Source: Rhodospirillales bacterium
Lineage (GTDB): Bacteria > Pseudomonadota > Alphaproteobacteria > Rhodospirillales > UBA2165
Length of the DNA stretch: 64,000 bases
Direction: 5' to 3'
Assembly: GCA_965221855.1 (NCBI GenBank)
Contig: CBDCSV010000010.1
Span: forward strand, 67,650-131,649
Shown: piece by piece, positions 37,438 to 46,393 of the stretch
Layout of the letters: every line of letters starts with the position of its first letter
How positions within the stretch are numbered: the stretch's first letter is position 1
Notes under the pieces: model-generated
Database searches by the model: none
Seen by the model: the letters and a program-made list of their open reading frames with translations, nothing else
What the model was told of the DNA's origin: nothing
Translations under genes and position numbers: made by a program

Positions 37438-38456
37438 GCCGGCTTGCCGGTCGACTTGCGGAGGATCAGCTCGGGCGTCATCTTGACGGACCTGGGCGGG
37501 GTTTCGGGGTCCTCGATCCGTTCCAGGAGAATGCGGGCCGCCTCCGCGCCTATATCCAGCAGCGGCGAATGCATGGTCGTCAGCGGCGGATCGAACTTGC
37601 TCGAAAACAGCATGTCGTCATACCCGACGACCGAGATATCCTTGCCGCAAACCAGCCCCTTGGTTTGAAGTTCGTCGTAGATTCCGATGGCGACCATGTC
37701 GTTGCCGGCGACGATCGCCGTGAAGTCCCGTCCCGAAGCGAGCAGCCGGCTGGCCGCCCGCCGGCCTTCTTCCTCGGTGAACGCGTCACAGAACTCGACC
37801 AGCCCGGCATCGTACTCGAGATTGTTGGCGTCCAGTCCGCGCACGTAACCCTGGTGGCGCTCGAAGCCGGTCGACAGCTCCTGCGGCCCGGCAATGCAGG
37901 CAACCCGCCGATGCCCGAGCTGCGCCAGATGGGACACAATGGTCTCGCCGCCGGTCACCTCGTCGCTGACCACCGAGGATATGTCGGAATTCGTGGTCTT
38001 TCGGACCGCCAGGACCAGGGGCGTCCCCTCGGTGCGGCATTCATCGATCAGCGGGTCGTGGCGGCGCGCCGTGGCGATGACGAGGCCATCCACATGACGC
38101 TCGCGAAACTTGGCGACGTTCCTGCGTTCGCGCTCGGCGACATTGTCGGTATTGGCGACCATCACGCTGTAGCCCGACGCCTCGAGCACATTGTCGATGC
38201 CCTTGATGATGGGCGCGAACGCCGGGTTGGTGAGGTCCGGAACCAGGACGCCGACCGTGAACGACCGATTGGTCCTGAGGCTGTAGGCGAAGGGATTGGG
38301 CCGATAGCCCATCCGGTCCGCCGCCTCGGTGATTTGACGGGCGATTTCGCCGGTCACCATGCCGCGGGTCTTGGGATTGAGCGCGCGCGAGACCGTCGAT
38401 GGATTGACCCCCACCTCCTCGGCAATATCGCGAAGCGTCACCCGGCTCGATGCCAT
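37434..38456 (-). CDS. LacI-family transcriptional regulator
   Basis: It reads VTLRDIAEEVGVNPSTVSRALN (HTH) followed by a periplasmic-binding-fold domain. Its stop overlaps the convergent gene stop in a single CTAG. Confidence 0.9.
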   Translation of the reverse strand: MASSRVTLRDIAEEVGVNPSTVSRALNPKTRGMVTGEIARQITEAADRMGYRPNPFAYSLRTNRSFTVGVLVPDLTNPAFAPIIKGIDNVLEASGYSVMVANTDNVAERERRNVAKFRERHVDGLVIATARRHDPLIDECRTEGTPLVLAVRKTTNSDISSVVSDEVTGGETIVSHLAQLGHRRVACIAGPQELSTGFERHQGYVRGLDANNLEYDAGLVEFCDAFTEEEGRRAASRLLASGRDFTAIVAGNDMVAIGIYDELQTKGLVCGKDISVVGYDDMLFSSKFDPPLTTMHSPLLDIGAEAARILLERIEDPETPPRSVKMTPELILRKSTGKPA

Positions 38457-38530
38457 TGATCGTCAGCCCCCGGAAAAGCGGCCCATCTATAACGGTTTTC
38501 CTTCTATTCGGGAACCTATGGTATATGCTC

Positions 38531-38544
38531 TGCAATCGTTTGCA
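38531..38544. promoter_or_regulatory. LacI-family-type operator TGCAATCGTTTGCA
   Basis: It matches the 32898 site at 13 of 14 positions. It lies 75 bp upstream of the LacI start and 18 bp from the IS256 copy 1 end. Confidence 0.55.
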
Positions 38545-38561
38545 CAGGCTTTGCCGCCCGG

Positions 38562-39841
38562 GGTAACGTCAAGAGTTATGTGTCAGGGAGACTGGGGTAC
38601 TGATTCCCTGAGACTTGTTTTCGTGAATGAAGACCGCGAAGAGGATGCGGTCCATTGAGGTTTTATCCTTGAAGGTTCCCATGGGCCGGGTTCGTCTGCG
38701 AACCTCGCGGAACCTCCGTTCGATGGCATTGGTGGTCCTGACCTGCTTTCGCTCGGCGAGGTCCTTGTAGCGGAAGCAGGTGAGCAGGTCGTCGAGGTCG
38801 TTGCGCAGGCAGGCGACGGCCTTGGGGTAGGTATCTTCCCAGGCGTCGGCGAAGCGGCGGGCGGCGGTCTCGGCCTTGCGGCGGTTGGGGGCATTCATGA
38901 CGGCGTGGACGTCGGCCTTGACGGCCTGCTGGTCGGCTACGCGGACCTTGTTGAGGATGTTCCTGATTTTGTGCGCCCAGCACCTCTGAACGGGGATGCC
39001 GTGATAGACGATCGGCAAGGCGGCGAGCAGGCCTTGGCCGCCATCAACGCAGATCATCTCAAGGCCCTCGCCGGTGAGGCCGCGGCGGTGCAACGCGGTG
39101 AGGAAGCGCTCCCACTCCGCGGCGCTCTCGCTGGCGGCGAGTTGGAAGTCGATAATCTCCTTCTTGCCGTCGTGCCGTATGCCCAGCGCCACCAGGACCG
39201 GCCTCCTGAGCGCGCCGGCGCCGGTCTTGCAGGCCAGCACCACGCCGTCGAGCATCAGCGCCTTGTAGGCGTTCTTCAGCGGCCGGCGGTGGAATGCGGC
39301 GACCGACAGATCGAGGGTCTTGGCGACCCGGCTCACCGTCGCGGCCGAGACCGGACGCCCGAGCAGGGCAAGCAGGACCTCGCCGACCTTGCGGGTCGAG
39401 AGCCCCAGCACGAAGCCGGCCAGGATGGCGCGGTCGATCTCTGGAGCGCGCCTTGCGTAGCTCTTCAGAACCTCGGTCGGGCAGAAGTGCCGGGTGCGCG
39501 GCACGTTGAGCTCGATGTCGCCGAGCTCGCTGAGCAGGCGGCGCCGGTAGGTGCCGTTGCGCCGGTCGCGCATAGCGCTGCCATCGAGGCCGTCGAGCCA
39601 GCGATCCACCGCCTCGGCCATCCGGCCCTCGATGATCTCGGCCAGCGCCTGGCGGCCAAGCGGGCGATAACCCTCGCCCCAGTCCAATCCGCCTGCTTGC
39701 ATCTCCTTCACCACCTCAAAGGCTTGTGGTAGGTTCTCAATCGTTACAGCTTGCTGTGGCATCGGGGTGCTCCTTCTTGCGGTTGTCGTAAACCACAGGG
39801 AGTACCCCATTCCCAACTGACACATAAATTTTTACGTCACC
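38562..39841 (-). mobile_element. IS256-family insertion sequence, copy 1 (1280 bp)
   Basis: The ends are GGTAACGTCAAGAGTTATGTGTCAG and the reverse complement of GGTGACGTAAAAATTTATGTGTCAG. An 8-bp direct target duplication CCGCCCGG is present at 38554..38561 and 39842..39849. Confidence 0.9.
38569..39825 (-). CDS. IS256-family transposase
   Basis: 418 aa with mutator-type DDE sequence (RRNGTYRR..., VDGGQGL, QRCWAHKIRN). Confidence 0.9.
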   Translation of the reverse strand: MCQLGMGYSLWFTTTARRSTPMPQQAVTIENLPQAFEVVKEMQAGGLDWGEGYRPLGRQALAEIIEGRMAEAVDRWLDGLDGSAMRDRRNGTYRRRLLSELGDIELNVPRTRHFCPTEVLKSYARRAPEIDRAILAGFVLGLSTRKVGEVLLALLGRPVSAATVSRVAKTLDLSVAAFHRRPLKNAYKALMLDGVVLACKTGAGALRRPVLVALGIRHDGKKEIIDFQLAASESAAEWERFLTALHRRGLTGEGLEMICVDGGQGLLAALPIVYHGIPVQRCWAHKIRNILNKVRVADQQAVKADVHAVMNAPNRRKAETAARRFADAWEDTYPKAVACLRNDLDDLLTCFRYKDLAERKQVRTTNAIERRFREVRRRTRPMGTFKDKTSMDRILFAVFIHENKSQGISTPVSLTHNS

Positions 39842-39885
39842 CCGCCCGGCGTGAAGAGGGCGGTCCTTGGAGGAGGAATGGTGTG

Positions 39886-40824
39886 ATGGCCGGAGATCTG
39901 AAGGGCTACACGGTTGGCTGGATCGGGACCGGACGCATGGGCTTCGCCATGGCGAAACGCCTGCTGCAGGCGGGCGCGGACGTCTCGGTGTGGAACCGAA
40001 CGCGCTCCAAGGCGGAACCGCTCGAGGCGTTCGGCGCCACCGTCGTCGACAATCCCTCGGATCTGGCCGACCGGGATATCGTATTCACCATGGTCGCCGG
40101 ACCCCAGGACGTGATCAACATGACCATCGGCGACGGCGGCGTCCTGTCGGTCGAGGGCGCCGCGCCGAAGCTGCTCATCGACTGTACGAGTATTTCCGAA
40201 GAGGCCTCCAGGACCGTCCGCGAGGCGGCCGCCAAACTCGGCTGCAAGATGCTCGATGCGCCGGTGAGCGGCAATGCGAAGGTCGTCACGGCGGGCAAAC
40301 TGTCCATCGTGGCCTCCGGAGACAAGGATGCCTACGACATCGCCGAGCCGTTTCTCGGCGCCATCGGCCGGGGCGTGACCTATGTCGGCGAAGGCGAACT
40401 CGCGCGGATGGTCAAGATCTGCCACAACGTCCTGCTGGGCGTGGTCATCCAATCCCTTGCCGAGATCACCATCCTGGCGGAAAAGGGCGGCGTTCCCCGG
40501 CATGCCTTCCTGGATTTCATCAACAAGAGCGTCATGGGTTCCATGTTCTCCCGATACAAGACGCCGGCGCTGGTCAATCTCGACTGGACCCCGACGTTCA
40601 CGCCGGTCCTGCTGCGCAAGGATCTGGATCTGGGCCTGTCGGCGGCGCGCGAACAGGACGTGCCCATGCCGCTGGCGACGGCGACACGGGAAATCGTTCA
40701 GACGCTGATCGGCAACGGATACGTCGAGGAGGATTTCGCCACCCTGCTGGAACTGCAGGCCAAGGCCTCGGGGCTGGACCTCGAGCCCGAAAACGTCGAC
40801 GTATCGACGGGCCTCGAAGACTAG
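39886..40824 (+). CDS. NAD(P)-dependent 3-hydroxyisobutyrate/6-phosphogluconate dehydrogenase-like oxidoreductase, paralogue 2
   Basis: 312 aa, the same length as the protein at 36499..37437 and collinear with it. GGAGGAGG RBS. The TAG stop coincides with an IS630 junction. The track start was trimmed. Confidence 0.8.
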   Translation: MAGDLKGYTVGWIGTGRMGFAMAKRLLQAGADVSVWNRTRSKAEPLEAFGATVVDNPSDLADRDIVFTMVAGPQDVINMTIGDGGVLSVEGAAPKLLIDCTSISEEASRTVREAAAKLGCKMLDAPVSGNAKVVTAGKLSIVASGDKDAYDIAEPFLGAIGRGVTYVGEGELARMVKICHNVLLGVVIQSLAEITILAEKGGVPRHAFLDFINKSVMGSMFSRYKTPALVNLDWTPTFTPVLLRKDLDLGLSAAREQDVPMPLATATREIVQTLIGNGYVEEDFATLLELQAKASGLDLEPENVDVSTGLED

Positions 40825-41878
40825 AGAGTTTTCTGATCTGACGGAATCGTTAGGGATTCCCAAAGTCTCTGATTTCTGATTCAAGATGTGGGCTGGTGAA
40901 GGAGGCCAGCCTGCATGACGAGACCACTTTCGAATGATCTACGACATCGGTTGGTTGCGGCGGTGGACGGCGGGATGTCGCGTCGGTCTGCGGCGAAGGT
41001 TTTTGGGGTTGCGGCCTCGACGGCGATCAAATGGGTTGATCAGTGGCGGCAGCGGGGTGATGTGCGGCCCCGGCCGCAAGGCGGGGACCGCCGCTCTCAC
41101 CGCCTTGAAGCGTATGCCGAGGAGGTTCTGGCGCTTGTCACGGAGACACCGGACATCACCCTGGCCGAGATCGCAGCCTGTCTGGAGGAGGTGCACGGGC
41201 TTCGGGTTGCCCCGAGCACGGTCTGGCGGCTGCTCGACCGCCACGGCATGACCTTCAAAAAAAACCGCGCACGCCAGCGAGCAGCAACGTCCTGATGTCT
41301 TGGCGCGCCGGCAGGCCTGGGCCGAGGCGCAGCCCGGCCTGATGCCGGAGCGGCTGGTCTTCATCGACGAGACCGGCACATCGACCAAGATGGCCCGGCG
41401 CTATGGCCGCGCGCCGCGCGGGCAGCGCTGCCAAGCCGCCATCCCTCACGGCCACTGGAAGACCACCACTTTGGTCGCTGCTCTCACGCTCGACGGCATC
41501 CTCGCCCCCATGACCATCGATGGGGCGATGACCGGGGCAGCCTTCCTTGCCTATGTCGAGCAAATCCTGGTCCCAACCCTCAAACCCGGAGACATCGTCA
41601 TTATGGACAATCTGCCAGCCCATAAGCCCGCCAGCGTGCGTAAGGCCATCGAAGACGCCGGCGCCGAGCTCCGCTTCCTGCCGCCCTACTCACCCGACTT
41701 CAACCCAATCGAGATGGCCTTCGCAAAGCTCAAGGCCCTCCTCAAAAAGACCGCAGCCAGAACCGTCGACGACCTCTACGACGCCATCGCAACCGCCATC
41801 GACACAGTCACCCAATCCGAGTGCCAAAACTACTTCACTGCCGCAGGCTATGACCGGGTGTGATCAGAAAATGCTCTA
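40822..41878 (+). mobile_element. IS630-family insertion sequence, type B, copy 2
   Basis: Its ORF translations are identical to copy 1. It shares its terminal TA (41877..41878) with the abutting type A element. Confidence 0.9.
40915..41863 (+). CDS. IS630-family transposase (two frames, A8 at 41257..41264)
   Basis: The translations are identical to 3833..4781. Confidence 0.85.
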
Positions 41879-42930
41879 GAGCGTATTTGAGATTGATTGA
41901 ATCATTTTAGGGATTCCCAAGTATGGGCGAACCATGATTCAAGATGGATGCTGGGCAAGGAGGCCAGCATTCATGGCGAGACCTTATTCGATTGATTTGC
42001 GAGAGCGTGTTGTTTTGGCGGTTTTGGCGGGGGAGAGTTGCCGCGCTGTAGCGGCTCGGTTTGGGGTTGCGGTTTCGAGCGTGGTTAAGTGGTCGCAGCG
42101 CTACCGGTGGACGGGGAGTGTTGCGCCCGGCAAGATGGGCGGTCACCGCCGCCGGGTTCTTGAGCCCCATCGGGAGTTCATTGTCGGCCGGATCGACCAG
42201 GAGCCGCATCTGACGCTGCATCGGTTGAGAGACGAGTTGGCCGCTCGGGGTGTCAGGGTATCCCACAGCACGGTATGGCTGTTTCTGCGCCGTGAAGGGC
42301 TGCGCTTTAAAAAAAACCCTGTTCGCCGTTGAACGGGCGCGCGCGGACATCGCCCGCCATCGCAGGCGCTGGAAGGCGTGGCAGGCAAAGCTTGATCCCG
42401 AACGGCTGGTATTCATTGATGAAACCTGGATCCGGACCAATATGGCCCCGCTGCGCGGCTGGGGGCCGAAAGGGGAGCGGGTCCGCGGCTTTGCCCCCCA
42501 TGGGCGGTGGCACACCCTGACCTTCATCGGCGCGCTGCGCTGCGACCGGTTCACCGCGCCCTGCGTCTTCGACGGCCCCATCAATGGCGTGTGCTTCCGC
42601 GCCTACGTCGAGCAGCTGCTCGTGCCGACCCTGGTGCCCGGCGACATCGTCATCATGGACAATCTCGGCAGCCACAAGTCAAAAGCCGTGCGAAACGCCA
42701 TCCGTGCCGCCGGAGCCAAGCTGTGGCTCCTGCCCAAATATTCCCCCGACCTCAATCCCATCGAGCAGACCTTTGCCCAAATCAAGCACTGGATGAGAAA
42801 CGCCCAGAAGCGGGAGATCGACGACTTATGGCGCCATCTCGGGAGCCTCATCGACACCATCGAGCCACAGCAATGCGCCAACTACTTCAAAAACGCAGGA
42901 TACGCTTCCGTCAAAATATGAAACGCTCTA
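41877..42930 (+). mobile_element. IS630-family insertion sequence, type A, copy 2
   Basis: Same length and ends as copy 1 but in inverted orientation. orfA differs at one residue (RYRW versus RYRR). Confidence 0.9.
41934..42921 (+). CDS. IS630-family transposase (two frames, A8 at 42309..42316)
   Basis: orfA is 41934..42332 and orfB is 42250..42921. See copy 1. Confidence 0.85.
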
Positions 42931-43020
42931 GCTGTTGCGGGGTGACGCCCGGGCGCGGCCGAGGCATGGCCCCGTCCGGGCGGCATTTTCTTTGCGCCCG
43001 CCGCCTTGTACCCTGCTTTC

Positions 43021-43899
43021 ATGGCTGAACTATCCGTCCTGGGCGATGTCCGCGCCGAGCTTGGGGAATCACCGGTGTGGTCCGCCGGCGAAAACGCCGT
43101 CTATTGGATCGATATCCTGGGAAAGCTGATCCACCGGACCGATCCCGGTTCCGGCGGGACCCGGTCCTGGGACTTGCCCAGCCATCCCGGGATGATTTCG
43201 CTCCGCCGGAAAGGCGGGCTGGTGGTCGCCCTGGAGGACGGGATCCACGCCTTCGATCCCGCCACCGGAAATCTGGACTTGCTGGCGCCGCTGGAGACGG
43301 AAATTCCGGAGAACCGCCCCAATGACGGCAAGTGCGATACCGCCGGACGGCTGTGGGTCGGAACCATGAACAAGCACGATTCCGATCTGGCGACGGGCAA
43401 TTTCTACCGCATTGATCCCGGCCTGTCGGCGACGCTGATGGAAAGCGGTCTCAGGATTCCCAACGGCCTGGCCTGGTCGCCGGACGATGCCCGCATGTTC
43501 CGGACCGACACGCGCTCAGGTCTCGTGCGGGCATTTGGCTTCGACGTCCGGACGGGCGGCATATGGGGCGAGACGGAATTCTTCACCTTCGACCGCGCGC
43601 TCGACGGCGGGGTCGACGGCGCGGCCATGGACACGGACGGCGGCTACTGGACGGCCCAATATGGGGTTGGACGGCTGCGCCGGACGCTGCCGGACGGATC
43701 GGCCGGCATGGAAATCCCCCTCCCCGTCTCGCAGCCGACCATGCCGGCCTTCGGCGGCCCCGGGATGAAGACCCTGTTCGTCACCTCGGCGCGGCAGCGG
43801 CTGGGCGACGAAGTGCTGTCCGCCGAGCCGGACGCCGGCGCGCTGCTCGCCGTCGAGACGGAATTTACCGGCGTGCCGGTGGGCGAATTCGGGGGTTAG
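43021..43899 (+). CDS. SMP-30/gluconolactonase/LRE-family lactonase
   Basis: Motifs LGESPVWS, YWIDI, NDGKCD, PNGLAWSPD and DGGYW, the six-blade propeller signature. Confidence 0.85.
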   Translation: MAELSVLGDVRAELGESPVWSAGENAVYWIDILGKLIHRTDPGSGGTRSWDLPSHPGMISLRRKGGLVVALEDGIHAFDPATGNLDLLAPLETEIPENRPNDGKCDTAGRLWVGTMNKHDSDLATGNFYRIDPGLSATLMESGLRIPNGLAWSPDDARMFRTDTRSGLVRAFGFDVRTGGIWGETEFFTFDRALDGGVDGAAMDTDGGYWTAQYGVGRLRRTLPDGSAGMEIPLPVSQPTMPAFGGPGMKTLFVTSARQRLGDEVLSAEPDAGALLAVETEFTGVPVGEFGG

Positions 43900-43903
43900 G
43901 CAG

Positions 43904-45211
43904 CTACGCGCCCCGCTCGTACACTTTCGCCCCGTTCGCATAGGTCGCGCGGATCGCCCGGTCGTCGGCCAGCACGATCTGGGCGAACAGCAATTCCCCG
44001 AGAGTTTCGGCGCGGCTGGCGCGGTGGGCGATGAGATCGGTGGAGGCCGGGTCGATCACCGTCACATCGGCCTCGTAGCCGGGCGCCAGGCGGCCGATCC
44101 TGTCCCCCAGATGCAGCGCCCGGGCGCCGCCGAGGGTCGCCAGGTAAAAGCACTCGAAGGGCGAGACGGCGTCGTCGTGGAACCGCGCGATCTCGTGGGC
44201 AGCCTTCATGGTGGCGAAGGGCGACATGGAAGTGCCGCCGCCCACATCGGTGCCGAGCGCCACGGGAACGCCCGCCCCCTTCAGCTTGCGGAATTCGAAG
44301 AGGCCGCTGCCCAGGAACAGGTTGGATGTCGGGCAGTGAACGATTGTGGTGCCGGTCTCCGCGGCCCGCGCCGTCTCGGCGTCGGAGAAATGAATGCCGT
44401 GGCTGAACAGCGCCCGCTCGCCCAGCAGGCCGAACCGGTCATAGACGTCCAGATAGGAGCCGGCCTCCGGGAACAGCCGTTCCACCCACTCGATCTCGCG
44501 GACGTCTTCCGACACGTGGGACTGGACATAGACGCCGTCGTGCTCGGCGAACAGCGCCCCCGCCGCCTCCAGCTGTTCCGGCGACGATGTCGGCGCGAAC
44601 CGGGGCGTGATGCCGTAGAGGCACCGCCCCGCCCCGTGCCACTTCTCGATCAGCGCCTTGGAGTGGTCGTAGGCCTCGTCAGGCGTATCCAGCAGTTCGT
44701 CCGGCGCGTGGCGGTCCATCAGCACCTTGCCGGCGATAGTCCTGAGGCCCCGGCGGGCGGCTTCCTCGAAGCAGGCCTCCACCGACTGCGGGTGGGTGGT
44801 GCAATAGACCGCGGATGTGGTGAAGCCATTCCGCACCAGTTCATCGAAAAACAGCTTGGCGGCGGCGGCCGCCACGTCGCGGTCGGCGAACCTGGATTCC
44901 TCCGGGAACGTGTAGCTGTTGAGCCAATCGATGAGTTTGCCGCCGTAGGACGCGATCACCCCCAACTGGGGATAGTGGACATGGGCGTCGATGAAGCCCG
45001 CGGTGACGAGATGACCGGGATAGTGATCGACGTCGACACCGGCGGGGATGTCCGCCCCATCGAGCACCGAGGCAATCGTGCCGCCCTCGATCAGAACGGC
45101 GCCGTCTTCGAGGTAGGTATAGGCGGCGTCCCCCGCGGTTTCGGGATCGTCGTCGAAGCTCAGCACCCGGCCCCGAATGGCCAGCGCCGGCGCGTCACCG
45201 CCTGTGGTCAT
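43904..45211 (-). CDS. guaD: Guanine deaminase
   Basis: 435 aa with GFIDAHVHYPQ, PRFAPTSS, QSHVSE, HCPTSN and LGTDVGGG, the guanine deaminase subfamily pattern. Confidence 0.8.
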   Translation of the reverse strand: MTTGGDAPALAIRGRVLSFDDDPETAGDAAYTYLEDGAVLIEGGTIASVLDGADIPAGVDVDHYPGHLVTAGFIDAHVHYPQLGVIASYGGKLIDWLNSYTFPEESRFADRDVAAAAAKLFFDELVRNGFTTSAVYCTTHPQSVEACFEEAARRGLRTIAGKVLMDRHAPDELLDTPDEAYDHSKALIEKWHGAGRCLYGITPRFAPTSSPEQLEAAGALFAEHDGVYVQSHVSEDVREIEWVERLFPEAGSYLDVYDRFGLLGERALFSHGIHFSDAETARAAETGTTIVHCPTSNLFLGSGLFEFRKLKGAGVPVALGTDVGGGTSMSPFATMKAAHEIARFHDDAVSPFECFYLATLGGARALHLGDRIGRLAPGYEADVTVIDPASTDLIAHRASRAETLGELLFAQIVLADDRAIRATYANGAKVYERGA

Positions 45212-45280
45212 GGTCGCTGTTCAGGGAAGGCGGACGGCCGGCCCCGGGGTCGATCCGGAACCGGCCGCATCCGGCAATGC

Positions 45281-46366
45281 CTATTGCGGGATTTTGCCTT
45301 CGACCCCTTCCACATAGAAGTTCATGCCGAGCATGGTCTTGTCGTCCATGACCTCACCGGCCTTGAGGATGACCTTGCCCGACTGATCCTTGATCGGACC
45401 CGCGAAGGGATGGACGCTGCCGTCGATGATGCCCTTCCGGGCCTTCTCGGCCATCGCCACCACGTCCGCCGGAATGGCGGAGTTGTAGCTGGAGAGCTTC
45501 ACCATGCCGGACTTGAACCCGCCCCAGACGTCGCCCGACTTCCAGGTGCCGTCGAGAACCGCCTTGGTGCGCTCGATGTAGTACGGCGCCCAATCATCGA
45601 TGATGGCGGTCAGGTGGGCCTTGGGTCCGAAGGCCTTCATGTCGGAAGCCTGTCCCACGGCCCAGATGCCCCGGCGTTCGGCCGCCTGCACCGGCGCCGG
45701 CGAATCCGTGTGCTGCAGCATCACGTCGGCGCCCTGGTCGACGAGCGCCTTCGCGGCGTCGGCTTCCTTGCCCGGATCGAACCAGGACGAGACCCAGACC
45801 ACCTTCACGGTCACCTTGGGATTGACCGAACGGGCGGCGATGGCGACGGCGTTGATGCCCCGGATCACTTCGGGAATCGGGAACGACGCCACATAGCCGA
45901 GGACATTGGTCTTGGTCATCTTGCCGGCGATCAGGCCGATCACGTGCCGGCCTTCATAGAACCGGGCCGAGTAGGTCGCGACGTTGTCGGCCCGCTTGAA
46001 GCCGGTGGCGTGCTCGAACTTGACCTTCGGGAACCGCTTGGCGACGCGGACGGTCGGGTTCATGTAGCCGAACGACGTGGTGAAGATGAGACCGTGACCG
46101 GTCGAGGCCAGCCGGGTAATGACCCGCGTGGCATCGGCGCCTTCCGGCACGCTCTCGACGAACGAGGTCTTCACCCTGTCGCCCAGCGCCTTCTGGACGG
46201 CGATGCGGCCCTGGTTGTGCTCGTAGGTCCAGCCGTGGTCACCCACCGGGCCCACATAGACGAAGCCGACCTTCAACGGATCGGCGGCCTGCGCGAGGCC
46301 GGACGCGGCGAGCATGACGCCCGCGGCGAGGCCGGAGAGCAGGCCCAGTTTCTTGCCTAGTTTCAT
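45281..46366 (-). CDS. BMP-family (PnrA-like) ABC transporter substrate-binding protein, probably for nucleosides/purines
   Basis: It has a signal peptide (MKLGKKLGLLSGLAAGVMLAASGLAQA) and reads VGFVYVGPVGDHGWTYEHN. Confidence 0.85.
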   Translation of the reverse strand: MKLGKKLGLLSGLAAGVMLAASGLAQAADPLKVGFVYVGPVGDHGWTYEHNQGRIAVQKALGDRVKTSFVESVPEGADATRVITRLASTGHGLIFTTSFGYMNPTVRVAKRFPKVKFEHATGFKRADNVATYSARFYEGRHVIGLIAGKMTKTNVLGYVASFPIPEVIRGINAVAIAARSVNPKVTVKVVWVSSWFDPGKEADAAKALVDQGADVMLQHTDSPAPVQAAERRGIWAVGQASDMKAFGPKAHLTAIIDDWAPYYIERTKAVLDGTWKSGDVWGGFKSGMVKLSSYNSAIPADVVAMAEKARKGIIDGSVHPFAGPIKDQSGKVILKAGEVMDDKTMLGMNFYVEGVEGKIPQ

Positions 46367-46393
46367 TTGCGTATCCTCCCTTTCGATTGTGAC

